NCBI GenBank assembly: GCA_965205025.1
Contig: CBDBFU010000015.1
Coordinates: 384,001 to 448,000 of the forward strand
Source: Candidatus Poribacteria bacterium
Lineage (GTDB): Bacteria; Poribacteria; WGA-4E; WGA-3G
Length of the DNA: 64,000 nucleotides
Reading direction: 5' to 3'
How positions within the stretch are numbered: the stretch's first letter is position 1; the number at the start of each line of letters is the position of its first letter. The translations under genes were made by a program, and so were the position numbers. The notes beneath the pieces are model-generated. The model worked only from the letters and a program-made list of their open reading frames with translations. It was not told where the DNA came from and did no database searches. Shown here in pieces: positions 1 through 10,290 of the stretch.

Positions 1-122
1 TTATCATTGTACTTCCTCCAATGTTTATGGGACGAAACATTATCCCATAGCACTATACCCAATAAGATTTTCAATATAATGTTTCCGAGCAACCCGTTCC
101 CGATTTCATAACAGGTAAAGAC

Positions 123-3101
123 TTAACGCTTTACATCTTTCACACAACGGAAACCGAAGTCGCCATTTGAAGAAGTAGGGTAAGCATTGTCACGATCAGA
201 AACTTCCACATCCCGAGCAAACCTAATCCAAGAACCACCGCGCAACACACGTGATGAATCAATACTCAAAAAATCATTGATAATATTTGTGACATTATCC
301 GCACCAGCAATCGGATTACGACGTGGTGAAGTTTGGTAAAATTCATAATCATGCTTATCAAGACACCACTCCCAAACATTACCCGCCATGTCGTATAAAC
401 CAAAACTATTAGGTGGATAACTACCAACAGGAGTTGTATCACCAATATTCCTACCGTGGTTTGCCTTATTGAAATCAATTGAATTGCCCCATGGATATTT
501 CTGACCAGCTAAGCCTCCACGCGCAGCTTTTTCCCATTCTGCCTCGGTGGGTAAACGTTTTCCAGCCCATTGTGCATAAGCCATTGCCCCATACCAACTT
601 ACATTGGCAACTGGATGATTCTCTTTACCAATTGGGTAATTGTTCCCATTCCAATTTTTCAGGTAGTTCCCATCGTGATATTTTTCAGGGATTCGACCCT
701 TTTTCCACTCCGGATTGGCATCTATAAATTCCTTATATTGTGCATTGGTTACCTCGTATTGATCCATATAGAACGTATCAACATAAACAGTATGTACTGG
801 TTTCTCGTCGTCATACGCATCACTGGCATTGCTTCCTATTTGAAACTCGCCTGCGGGAATCAAAACCATGTTGGGATCGGATGAACTTAAAATGATCTTA
901 GTTCTATTAGGAACAACCTCTTGATAAGGAGTTAAGACTATATTGGACTCAGATGGACTTAAAGGAGTTTCTATCTTTTGAAGTGTGCCCTGCCCCATTC
1001 TAAAATGTCTCTTTACCGTCTTTCCGGGTTTATTACCGAATGCCCGCGTAATATAGGTAATAGACACAGTGTCTCCGTGAGAGAAAGGCAAAGTAACTTC
1101 TTTGATTTGCACTCGATCTCCTAAAACAACATCATCAACAGTTTTGAGCGTTTTTTTATCCACCACGTTGAGAAAATAAAAAACGCCTACCCCTCCACCG
1201 CCATCAGCTAACGGCACAAATACGTATCGTTTTCCCTCAACAGCATGTTCATGTAGAAGCATGTAATATGCAGGTCCTCTCCATCCAGCTTCACCGTATA
1301 CAGTCCGATATGTGCTATTAAAAACTACTTCTTCGTTTGAATCACCGCTTAAATCCGTAACAATGAAAGTGAATTTTGTTAATGCTTCTTTCAAAGGCAG
1401 ATCCAATTTAACAAAACCTTCTGTAGATTCTTCTTTTGAAACTTTTGAAACCGTTGACTGCTGGAGTGGTGGATGCCTCTGTTTATCAAAAGGTAGTACC
1501 GAGAACACTACCTTAAACTGCGATTCCCACGCATCCCGTTTAACAGCTCCTTTTTCAACTCCAAGTACCAACAAACCTGCATTCTGCAGCGTACTATTCT
1601 CACGAATCTTTTTCAGAAAATCATCGGTTTCTAAGCCTACCTCTGCTGCAGCGTGGGCGGCATCAAGAGGGCCTTCAAACTGCTTGACAAGCTGCTGTAT
1701 CGGTTCGCTTCCGCCAAATACACCGCCGGACTCTTTAAGCGCGCGTCTGTAACGTTCGGTATCCTCACGAATCAATTCATCCATCGTTGATTTTTCAGCA
1801 TAGAGGCGTAACCCTTGTGCTATATCGTAGATCGGATTCTGACTCTGTTCAATCACCGAACGTACTTGATCATCAAACGTTTTCATTCCTTCCGTATGGC
1901 AGCCCATGCACGATAGTCCATTACGGACAACAGGATCTCTGGCACCAGTGTCTGACACAATGTTAATCGGTGCTTCGTCAAGCCGCTCACCTGTAGCAGT
2001 GGAGAGATAGTACGCCTGTAACCCATTTGGTAGATTGAAGATAATTTCACCACCGTCATGCGTAAAATCAAGCGGATGAGTGAAGATATTCTGTGTGCCA
2101 ACATTCCCTGCAAAGTCATAAGATTTCCAATATGCACCATAACGAGATTTGTGGCGTTCCACAATGCGATTGTTGACTGAAACTCCAGAATTGTTAAAAC
2201 CAGCACGCCAGACGCGAACACCCGGGGCATTTTTTAAGTTTTCAGCGACGTTCACCTCAAGTTGGGCCTCTAATTCTCGGTCTGTTTTCGGTAGGTCAAG
2301 GATATCATGGTAAAGCGGTGGTAGTGAGGCAGTAGCAATAAACCAGTCGGCACGGATAAATGGCAATTCGCAATCCGTTTCGTTACATAACGTTGCATAC
2401 ATAGCCAACTTTAACTCAATACCGTAAGGATACGCTTGCTCAATTTTGTACCACTTATCACTTTTGATGTCCCATTCATAGTTCCGGAGGTCTATGTAGA
2501 AGATGGTCTCCTCTCGGTCAATCGGTTTCGGTTTAATGACTTCGGCACCCCAAGAGAGACTGTTTATGAGTTTCGATAAAGCAATCCGATATGCGCGGAG
2601 ATTGTCATCAGTTGCACCTGCATTGTAGAGATGCGTCAAGGTAAAATAACGTGCAAAGGAACGGTCAAAGTCGGTAAGGGATGTCACATGGGTGTGGATG
2701 GACTTGAGCATCGCCTCAGTGGTTATGAAGTCGCGTTTAGGTTTTGGGATTGCATTCCAATCTGGCGCGCCTGCCTCTATCCAACGGCGAACAGTGGCGA
2801 TTGAATCAGCGTCTAACGGGTCTTGTCCTAAAGGCATCTGTGAACCTATGTCCGTATCCCCGAGCAAGCGTAAATAGAATTCTGAGGTATCGGGTTGACG
2901 TGGAATAACTGAACGATCTTCAATTAAATTTGTATGCTTTATCGTGAGGACATCTGCATACGATCCGAATTCCCCGTGGCAATCAAGGCAATGTTGTTCA
3001 AAGATAGCCTGTGCTTGTTGAGCGAGATTCTGTTGGGCATGTGCGACTTGATAGTTGAAGAGAAGTATCAGTAGGCAAAAAATCACGTAGCAGTTTTTCA
3101 T
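123..3101 (-). CDS. Secreted multidomain protein: planctomycete-type cytochrome c domain, second heme motif, inserted unknown domain, C-terminal FGE-sulfatase (SUMF1) domain
   Basis: Signal peptide; CLDCH and CMGCH heme motifs; MVLIPAGEFQIG, RLPTEAEWEKAARGG, GLYDMAGNVWEW, RVLRGGSW...GFRC. Confidence 0.85.
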   Translation of the reverse strand: MKNCYVIFCLLILLFNYQVAHAQQNLAQQAQAIFEQHCLDCHGEFGSYADVLTIKHTNLIEDRSVIPRQPDTSEFYLRLLGDTDIGSQMPLGQDPLDADSIATVRRWIEAGAPDWNAIPKPKRDFITTEAMLKSIHTHVTSLTDFDRSFARYFTLTHLYNAGATDDNLRAYRIALSKLINSLSWGAEVIKPKPIDREETIFYIDLRNYEWDIKSDKWYKIEQAYPYGIELKLAMYATLCNETDCELPFIRADWFIATASLPPLYHDILDLPKTDRELEAQLEVNVAENLKNAPGVRVWRAGFNNSGVSVNNRIVERHKSRYGAYWKSYDFAGNVGTQNIFTHPLDFTHDGGEIIFNLPNGLQAYYLSTATGERLDEAPINIVSDTGARDPVVRNGLSCMGCHTEGMKTFDDQVRSVIEQSQNPIYDIAQGLRLYAEKSTMDELIREDTERYRRALKESGGVFGGSEPIQQLVKQFEGPLDAAHAAAEVGLETDDFLKKIRENSTLQNAGLLVLGVEKGAVKRDAWESQFKVVFSVLPFDKQRHPPLQQSTVSKVSKEESTEGFVKLDLPLKEALTKFTFIVTDLSGDSNEEVVFNSTYRTVYGEAGWRGPAYYMLLHEHAVEGKRYVFVPLADGGGGVGVFYFLNVVDKKTLKTVDDVVLGDRVQIKEVTLPFSHGDTVSITYITRAFGNKPGKTVKRHFRMGQGTLQKIETPLSPSESNIVLTPYQEVVPNRTKIILSSSDPNMVLIPAGEFQIGSNASDAYDDEKPVHTVYVDTFYMDQYEVTNAQYKEFIDANPEWKKGRIPEKYHDGNYLKNWNGNNYPIGKENHPVANVSWYGAMAYAQWAGKRLPTEAEWEKAARGGLAGQKYPWGNSIDFNKANHGRNIGDTTPVGSYPPNSFGLYDMAGNVWEWCLDKHDYEFYQTSPRRNPIAGADNVTNIINDFLSIDSSRVLRGGSWIRFARDVEVSDRDNAYPTSSNGDFGFRCVKDVKR

Positions 3102-3152
3102 ATCTTATCTCCAATCGTCTGTCCGATAAGCAGCACGTCCTTGTGTTCTGAG

Positions 3153-3200
3153 TTAGCAGGAGTACAGAAACAAAACGTGGGTATCTAATAACAGATTCAT
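3153..3200 (-). pseudogene. Truncated PIN/VapC toxin remnant
   Basis: ATGA overlap with antitoxin stop; translates MNLLLDTHVLFLYSC*, the LLLDTH start typical of PIN toxins, then stops. Confidence 0.7.
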
Positions 3201-3439
3201 TCATCTTTCCCACGAAAGGCAGCCATAAACGATTCCGGCAATTCATCAAAATCTTCGGCCATTTTCACTTTTCCCTTCCACTGTCCACCACGGCGAGGTT
3301 TCTTGCTGTCCTGCTCTAAAGGGACCAGTTTGGCAACGGAGGTGCCGTTACTATCAAATATAATCTCTTCTCCCGCGATAGCCCGTTTAACTAACTGTGT
3401 TAAATAATCTTCTGTCTGTTCCTGTATATTAATATGCAT
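3197..3439 (-). CDS. Phd/YefM-like type II antitoxin
   Basis: 80 aa; LTQLVKRAIAGEEIIF...VAKLVP...RRGGQWKGKVKMAEDFDE. Confidence 0.8.
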   Translation of the reverse strand: MHINIQEQTEDYLTQLVKRAIAGEEIIFDSNGTSVAKLVPLEQDSKKPRRGGQWKGKVKMAEDFDELPESFMAAFRGKDE

Positions 3440-3529
3440 TTGTCTTACCTCACAAGGACAATTAGTCCAGACTTTTTGTCCATCTGTATAATTATTGTAC
3501 TACATGCACCTCAGGAATACAACACGTTG

Positions 3530-4333
3530 TTAATTCCAACCTGCTAATTGTAGGTAGCTATCCCAAAGCTGATCACCCCACAGAAGCACAACCACAGCAG
3601 CACCAGCAAGGAAAGGTCCAAAAGGAATTGGACTTTCACGATCCCTTTTCCAGATGACGATCAGTAAAGTGCCAATAATTGCCCCAGTTAAAGCAGATAT
3701 CCCTATTACCAAAACTAATTCTTTCCAAGCACCGAGAAACAGTCCAATAATAGCCATCAACTTAACATCCCCGCCACCCATGGCTGTTTTTCGCATTATT
3801 GCACTTCCAATGAATGCTATTAGCCATAATGCTAAACCACCTGCGAGAAAACCGATCAGTCTGATCCAGAGAAAATCTATGCTACCACGTTGGTATGCAA
3901 TTAAACCTACAATTCCTAAACCAAGAATAAAACCTGTAAGACTAATAACATTCGGAATAATATAGTGGCGAACATCAATAACAAAGATTGGAATTAGTAT
4001 AGCAACAAAAATAACAGCAAGAACAAATTCAAGCGTTTTTCCAAAACGTAAATACATTACGAGAAATAGCACTGCTGTTGCCAGCTCAACTGTTGGATAT
4101 ATGATGGAGATTTTGGCTTTACAATGGCGACACTTCCCACCTAAAAGCAGATAGCTTAATAGTGGGATATTGTCGTACGCCTTTATGGTTTGATTACATT
4201 CTGGACAAAAAGACCTTCGGGGTGAATAAATTGATTTGTCTGGAAGCGGAATACGGTAGATACAAACATTGAGAAAACTACCAATTGCTAAACCTAAGAT
4301 AAAGAGGGTAATATGTATCCAGATATCATCCAC
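3530..4333 (-). CDS. pilD: Prepilin peptidase (A24)
   Basis: GSFLNVCIYRIP, CPEC/CRHC zinc motifs, DNIPLLSYLLLGGKCR, MGGGDVKL, PFGPFL. Confidence 0.95.
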   Translation of the reverse strand: MDDIWIHITLFILGLAIGSFLNVCIYRIPLPDKSIYSPRRSFCPECNQTIKAYDNIPLLSYLLLGGKCRHCKAKISIIYPTVELATAVLFLVMYLRFGKTLEFVLAVIFVAILIPIFVIDVRHYIIPNVISLTGFILGLGIVGLIAYQRGSIDFLWIRLIGFLAGGLALWLIAFIGSAIMRKTAMGGGDVKLMAIIGLFLGAWKELVLVIGISALTGAIIGTLLIVIWKRDRESPIPFGPFLAGAAVVVLLWGDQLWDSYLQLAGWN

Positions 4334-4336
4334 AGT

Positions 4337-4774
4337 TTACCACCAGTATTTTTCACCTTGTACAGCATCGGTGTGGTAAACCTTGCTGATTTCAGCAATA
4401 CCACCTAATTTATATTTCGTTGGAACTTTAGGATGATCTTTAGCAATACCGACTTTATACGAATCTTGAATAAGGACATAATTCCCACCCCAAGGTGTTT
4501 CAGGTACGGATTCGAGATAGTTGCCACGCCATCCGTCTATACTGGGATCAGTAACAAGTTGATTCAAATCAGTTGGATAGGTTAGGGTATGTCGGAAGTA
4601 TTTTTTTATTGCTGTTGCAATGGTTTCAACATCTATATCTGCTTGGGTAGCTTTTCGGTATTCAGACCAAGGCGGGTAAGAAAGCACCCCAATTATAATT
4701 ACGAGAACAACAAGAATAAGTAACTGAAGGCGGGTCATACCGCTGTTATTGTTCATATATGTGACTTTTAGCAT
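4337..4774 (-). CDS. Type II secretion GspG-like pseudopilin
   Basis: G|MTRLQLLILVVLV prepilin-like N-terminus (Q at the E5 position); YPTDLNQLV...WRGNYL..VPETPWG. Confidence 0.8.
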   Translation of the reverse strand: MLKVTYMNNNSGMTRLQLLILVVLVIIIGVLSYPPWSEYRKATQADIDVETIATAIKKYFRHTLTYPTDLNQLVTDPSIDGWRGNYLESVPETPWGGNYVLIQDSYKVGIAKDHPKVPTKYKLGGIAEISKVYHTDAVQGEKYWW

Positions 4775-4785
4775 TCTCCGAATAA

Positions 4786-6168
4786 CTAACTTTGTGAATC
4801 AGGTCGAACGATATTATATTTACTCATCTTTTTATATAGATTACTTCGTTCAACTTCCAAGATTTCAGATGTTTTTCGAATGTTCCAATCATTTTCTTTT
4901 AGTGCTGAGAGAATATATTCCGCCTCAGCTGAATCAACCATCGTACTGAGTGGCGTATTCGATTGATAAGTTGCTGAAGTGCCGCGTATATCAGTATTGT
5001 CATTTTCACGGGGTATGACTCCATCAACATCGTTAGGGAGTATTACTTCTCTATTTACCATAATCAGCAGCCGTTCGACGATATTCTTAAGTTCTCTTAT
5101 ATTACCTGGCCAACTATAAGACTGAAAGACGGAGTATGCCTCGGAATCGAATGCTTTTGGGGCAGACCCCATGTTCAGCTGCAACCTATCTGTAAAGTAT
5201 TTAACGAGCAATGGAATATCATCAGAACGTTCTCTAAGTGATGGTACATTTATGGGGACAATCTTTAGGCGGTAATATAGATCTGTTCTAAACTCACCGC
5301 GTTCAATTTCAGTGGTTAGGTCTTTATTAGTTGCAGCGATAATTCTAACATCAACATTTCGTATTTGATGGCTGCCAAGTCTTTCAACTTCTCCATATTC
5401 AAGTACACGTAGCACCTTTGCTTGTGCCTTTATGCTCATGTCACCTATTTCATCAAGAAAAAGTGTTCCCCCATCGGCAAGTTCAAATCGTCCTTTACGC
5501 ATAGAATCCGCACCAGTAAAGGCACCGCGTTCATGACCGAAGAGTTCACTTTCAACAAGTTCTTCAGGTAATGCAGCGCAATTTAATGGGATAAAAGGCT
5601 TATCGGATCGTTTGCTATGTTTATGAATTGCATTGGCAACGAGTTGTTTACCAGTACCGTTTTCACCAGTAATTAGTACTCCAAGGTCACTTGTAGCGAC
5701 TTGATTGATTTCAGAACGTAGTTTTATTATAGCGGGAGTTTCACCTACCATTTCATCGTCATCGACAATCTGTGTCTTGAGTATCTCGTTCTCTTTTGTT
5801 AGGCGAGAGATCTCCAATAAAGGCTCAATATTGGATAGTATTTTTTCCATACCTATCGGTTTCGTAATATATCGTTTTGCCCCAAGTTCCATAGTTTTTA
5901 CGGCAATTTCAATATCTTGTTGTGCAGACATCATTACGACATTGAGTTCTGGAAGCTGTTCAAGTAGTTTTATCAAGGTTTGAACACCATCTATACCGTT
6001 TTCCATCATAATATCCAACAATACGAGATCGATATCCTGAGTGGAACAGATTTTGATTGCCTCTTCACCACTTGAAGCGGTTATATTATTGTAACCTTTT
6101 AGAGTCAATCCTTGAGAAAGCATCTTTTGTATATTCTTTTCGTCGTCTACAATGAGAATAGTATTCAT
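4786..6168 (-). CDS. Sigma-54-dependent response regulator (NtrX/NtrC family)
   Basis: Receiver ILIVDDE; GENGTGK, ELFGHERGAFTGA, WPGNIREL; C-terminal Fis HTH. Confidence 0.95.
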   Translation of the reverse strand: MNTILIVDDEKNIQKMLSQGLTLKGYNNITASSGEEAIKICSTQDIDLVLLDIMMENGIDGVQTLIKLLEQLPELNVVMMSAQQDIEIAVKTMELGAKRYITKPIGMEKILSNIEPLLEISRLTKENEILKTQIVDDDEMVGETPAIIKLRSEINQVATSDLGVLITGENGTGKQLVANAIHKHSKRSDKPFIPLNCAALPEELVESELFGHERGAFTGADSMRKGRFELADGGTLFLDEIGDMSIKAQAKVLRVLEYGEVERLGSHQIRNVDVRIIAATNKDLTTEIERGEFRTDLYYRLKIVPINVPSLRERSDDIPLLVKYFTDRLQLNMGSAPKAFDSEAYSVFQSYSWPGNIRELKNIVERLLIMVNREVILPNDVDGVIPRENDNTDIRGTSATYQSNTPLSTMVDSAEAEYILSALKENDWNIRKTSEILEVERSNLYKKMSKYNIVRPDSQS

Positions 6169-6215
6169 GTTTATTCGCCTTTAATTGAACAAGTTCAAAT
6201 TTAGGTTATATATTA

Positions 6216-8219
6216 CTATATTACATCTTGTTTAGTTGGCTCATCATTAGTTGCTTCATTCTGATTTAGTATCACAACGGGTGTGAGGTCGTTGAGATAT
6301 GTAGATTCGTTAAAGCTTATTCGTATGGTTGAACCGACATTTTCTTCTGATTCTACAGTTAATTCTCCACCGTGTACAGTGATAATCCGACGAACAATTG
6401 CCATGCCAAGACCTGTCCCATGTGTTTTGGTTGTATAATCTGGTGCAAAAAGATTCCGCTGTGTTTCCTCTGACATGCCGTATCCAGTATCTTGTACTTC
6501 AAGCGAGATATATCTACTATTTTCACCGGTATGGTTAGTGTTCCTGTTTAAACTCGTATCTACTTCCATAGCAGAATGTGTGCGAAGAGTAAGAGTGCCA
6601 CCATTCGGCATTGCTTCAATTGCATTTTTTACAAGATTCCCTACAGCTCGTTCCATCTGTTCACGATCTAATGAAAGTTCTGGTAGAGGGCTTAATTCTT
6701 TTCTCACTTTAATATCTTGTGCTTGAGACAATTCAATATATAGTTTTAAGACAGAATTAACCACATCATTCAAATTAACAGGATGCCGATCTGGGACAGG
6801 TAGTCTTGCATACTGATGGAATTCATCTATTAGACCACGTATTCTGTCAACTTCTTCAATAATTGTTTCAGTGCAAACATTAAATATCTCATCAAATATA
6901 TCTGGTCGATTTTTTGCTTCTTTTAAATTCTCGACAGATAATCGAATAGGGAATAAAGGATTCTTTACCTCATGTGCGAGTTGGCGTGCAACATCTCGCC
7001 ATACAGCGATTCTTTCAGCTGCTTTATGCTCCTCCAGACTCTTTCTTAATGCCAATGCCATCTGGTTGAATTCGTTTGCCAGTTCACCGACTTCTCCTTT
7101 AGATTGAACTGCAATCTGATAATTTAGATTACCAGCGCCGATTTCACTGACACCTCTCTGGAGTTGGCTAATCGGACGCGTAATACGTCTACTGACAAGA
7201 TAACTGATACAGTAAACAAGTACAGCTCCACCACCGACGCTCAACAGTAATATCACTCTCATCTGATCTAACCATTGGATACGACTTTCATGTGAGTATG
7301 CAATAATTAATTCCACAAAAGGCAGGCGTTGTGAATCTGAAAAAGGTGTACTTAATATATCGGTACGGACAACTGTAAATGTAGGGGTAATCGAAGTATT
7401 ATCGGATGTTTCTTCTCCATCTGGTGGTATGGTGTCTTTCAGTGACACGATAAGACCTTTGATAGGTTTGCCTTTTGCCTCTGCTGTCTGCATCTGCAGT
7501 TGCCATTCATCTTTTAATGATGTTGTTTCACCAGCGGAGTTGTTTAGAGGTATCCATTCCTCCTGTTCATCCATTCTCTTGACAAGAAAGATAGGATGTT
7601 CTGCCGGTTGACTTAGCATTGTTCCTTCTAACCATTTACGAAGGGATCTACCACCCGTAATAAATCCCCATTCCATCCATTGTGTAACTTCGACTATTAG
7701 CTGTGGATCTTCACCTTTTTCTATGATCCGTTCTCGAATTGTCCCCTTTCCTTCCTTTAAAGTTTCATCTGATTCTACTTCACCCGCATCAGGATCTTTG
7801 TGTCCGATGCGTGGATCCTCTCTACGTTTACTCAATACCAGAATTCCTTCTTTGTTGCCACATTCAAAAACATCAAAGTTGGTTTTGGGGACTTCTCTTC
7901 CGCCTCCTCTTTCAGCCCTTCGTACAGCATTAAGAATATCTGTGTTTTCACCCATTGCCTTTACTTCATCCTTAATGGAATTGACGAATAAAGCATATAA
8001 CTTTGAGATATTCGATCTTAACTCAAACAGGTCTTTATCAAGTTGATCATCAAAAGTACGATCAATTAATAGATTGGCTATAACGAATATAACAGCGAAC
8101 ATCAACAAGAACACCAGACTATAGGTAAAAAAGATCTTGTTTTGGAGCCGAAGCGTGGATAATTTGTTGAGTATTTTTCGTAAATATCCCATAAAATTTA
8201 TCCTGTTGTAAGTTTTCAA
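6216..8219 (-). CDS. Membrane sensor histidine kinase with HAMP (NtrY-like)
   Basis: Two TM segments, HAMP, WRDVARQLAHEVKNPL H-box, NLVKNA, DTGYG, GTGLG. Confidence 0.92.
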   Translation of the reverse strand: MKTYNRINFMGYLRKILNKLSTLRLQNKIFFTYSLVFLLMFAVIFVIANLLIDRTFDDQLDKDLFELRSNISKLYALFVNSIKDEVKAMGENTDILNAVRRAERGGGREVPKTNFDVFECGNKEGILVLSKRREDPRIGHKDPDAGEVESDETLKEGKGTIRERIIEKGEDPQLIVEVTQWMEWGFITGGRSLRKWLEGTMLSQPAEHPIFLVKRMDEQEEWIPLNNSAGETTSLKDEWQLQMQTAEAKGKPIKGLIVSLKDTIPPDGEETSDNTSITPTFTVVRTDILSTPFSDSQRLPFVELIIAYSHESRIQWLDQMRVILLLSVGGGAVLVYCISYLVSRRITRPISQLQRGVSEIGAGNLNYQIAVQSKGEVGELANEFNQMALALRKSLEEHKAAERIAVWRDVARQLAHEVKNPLFPIRLSVENLKEAKNRPDIFDEIFNVCTETIIEEVDRIRGLIDEFHQYARLPVPDRHPVNLNDVVNSVLKLYIELSQAQDIKVRKELSPLPELSLDREQMERAVGNLVKNAIEAMPNGGTLTLRTHSAMEVDTSLNRNTNHTGENSRYISLEVQDTGYGMSEETQRNLFAPDYTTKTHGTGLGMAIVRRIITVHGGELTVESEENVGSTIRISFNESTYLNDLTPVVILNQNEATNDEPTKQDVI

Positions 8220-8247
8220 CTGGGAGATATATGATGGTTAGAGGTGT

Positions 8248-9678
8248 TTAACGTCTTTTCATTTCACTTGCGATAACTTCGGTGCGTTTTTTATATCCCT
8301 CAACAGCTGACTGATGGTAGGTTAATTCTTCTTCTGGTGCTACAACCCCGTCTGTAATATGGAGATCCTGTAATTTACCTTTAACTGCCACGGTATCCAT
8401 TAATATTCGCATTAATTCGCATACGTTGCTAATATCCCGTTTTGGTAATGTTAGTGTGGCGTTTGGGATACCTTGATCGGTAAAATCCTCCTCAGTTCCC
8501 CGATAGGAAGCGGTCTGACTGTCGTTCATTGACAGTCCTTCAAATGCTTTTAAACCACTGTTTTCATTCCCTTGAGGTATAATCAGATCTGTTCCGAGAT
8601 TCTCCCAATGTATAAAAACAATTGCTTTGTCCCTGGGACCCGCAAGGATACCGTTGAGAATAGAATGATTACTTGTGGGACCTTTTGCTGCTATTACATT
8701 AGATCCTGCTCCACGTTCCTGTATTGATTCGGTATAGAGTTGTACAAACCATTCTCCAAGACGGGTATTGTCAGCGTAGTTATAGAAGACAATATTACCT
8801 CCACCGTAGTATTTTTCTACATTATCAAGCCAAAACGCAAGGTGGTACGCAGTGTTATGATGATGTGTATATGGTAGTTTAAAATCATCATCAGCACGTT
8901 GAACACCATTTATTGCATGGTTGATTCTATCCTCTGGACTTTCATCAGATCCGGCTGTCATTGCTAAAAAGAATAGACCAACAGGTGAAAAAGCGGAAAA
9001 ACGACCTCCGACACCTTCAGGAACGGGAAGTATACCGTAAAATGGTGATTCTTGATGAAATTGATAAAGCAAGCTATTTTGTGATAATCCAGTAGTGGCG
9101 ACAATCTGGTTTCGCCATTCTCCGAATTCTTGCTGAAGTCTATCTTTTATAATCATTAGGGTAGCAAGCGTTTCACCAGTTTTTCCAGATTTGCTAATCA
9201 CATTGAAAAGAGTTTTTTGTAGCAAGTTTCGTGAATTTAGCATCTCAAGTAATGCATTCAATCGAACTGGATCAAACGTATCCCCTGTAAAATAAACTTC
9301 CGGTGCTCCTCGTTCTGTATCTGAAAGTAGATTATGGTATGGATGATTCGTGATTTCGTGAAACACACGAGCACTTAGGTCAGATCCACCAATTCCGATA
9401 GTCACAAAAGCAGAAAACTCGTCTCTTGCTTTTGTCGATAAGGTAAGCATTTGCTGAATATGTTCGGTTTGTAGATGGCTTTGCCTCCACGCCCGTAAAT
9501 GTTGCTCTAATAAGGATAGTGGTGCTCCGATCTCTTTGTTGAACAAGGACTGGATATCTTCTAAGCGTTCATCAACCCATCCATCTCCATCTGTTTCTTC
9601 TGTATCTGCACAGACAGTAATTTTAAGCCTTATACCTGTATCGCTTCCAAATTGAATATGTTTAATCTTATCATTCAT
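8248..9678 (-). CDS. pgi: Glucose-6-phosphate isomerase
   Basis: IGIGGSDL, VISKSGKT, VGGRFS, Q..VE.YK motifs. Confidence 0.85.
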   Translation of the reverse strand: MNDKIKHIQFGSDTGIRLKITVCADTEETDGDGWVDERLEDIQSLFNKEIGAPLSLLEQHLRAWRQSHLQTEHIQQMLTLSTKARDEFSAFVTIGIGGSDLSARVFHEITNHPYHNLLSDTERGAPEVYFTGDTFDPVRLNALLEMLNSRNLLQKTLFNVISKSGKTGETLATLMIIKDRLQQEFGEWRNQIVATTGLSQNSLLYQFHQESPFYGILPVPEGVGGRFSAFSPVGLFFLAMTAGSDESPEDRINHAINGVQRADDDFKLPYTHHHNTAYHLAFWLDNVEKYYGGGNIVFYNYADNTRLGEWFVQLYTESIQERGAGSNVIAAKGPTSNHSILNGILAGPRDKAIVFIHWENLGTDLIIPQGNENSGLKAFEGLSMNDSQTASYRGTEEDFTDQGIPNATLTLPKRDISNVCELMRILMDTVAVKGKLQDLHITDGVVAPEEELTYHQSAVEGYKKRTEVIASEMKRR

Positions 9679-9723
9679 TATTATTAAATCTATATTTTCT
9701 CCAAGAAAGGTATGTAGTTGTTT

Positions 9724-10098
9724 TCAAGTCCTTCCGTATTTATCATCAAGCCGAACGATGTCCTCTTCATCAAAGTTCCCAAAAGAAATCTCAAGTATTC
9801 GATATGTTTTAGATTCCCCAATAAGTTGATGTTTTGCACCTTGTGGTATAAAAACGGGTTCCATTGGTTCTGGGCGTAATACTTCATCTTCGAGTCGGAC
9901 ACATGCACCATCATCAAGCGGGATCCATAGTTCACTACGTTCGTGATGATATTGATAACTAAGTTGTTCTCCAGCGTTAACCTCTATAATCTTGACTGTT
10001 ACAGATTGGTTGAGAACATACTGTATAAATTGTCCCCATGGTTTTATGGTTGTAGATATTTCTGCTAATATCTCAGAAGGATCTTTTAAAGAAGGCAT
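9724..10098 (-). CDS. Type II mannose-6-phosphate isomerase C-terminal cupin
   Basis: KPWG...LSYQYHHERSELW...ILEISFG.FDEEDIVRLDDKYGR. Confidence 0.9.
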   Translation of the reverse strand: MPSLKDPSEILAEISTTIKPWGQFIQYVLNQSVTVKIIEVNAGEQLSYQYHHERSELWIPLDDGACVRLEDEVLRPEPMEPVFIPQGAKHQLIGESKTYRILEISFGNFDEEDIVRLDDKYGRT

Positions 10099-10251
10099 AA
10101 GTATTCCATATAATTTCTAATAGATGTGTATATATAATTGTGGTAGGCTAAAGCGTGTTATCACAAGCTTTTAAAGATTATATTTTGCTATAATTTATCA
10201 CAAATACATGGGTAAAGCAAGGACAAAACTGGTGGGTAAAACTTAATCATA

Positions 10252-10280
10252 TTGACAAAAAGTCTAATGTTTGATAATAT
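10252..10280 (+). promoter_or_regulatory. Sigma70-type promoter
   Basis: TTGACA (10252-10257), 17 bp spacer, extended -10 TGn-TAATAT (10275-10280). Confidence 0.65.
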
Positions 10281-10290
10281 ATTTACTATA

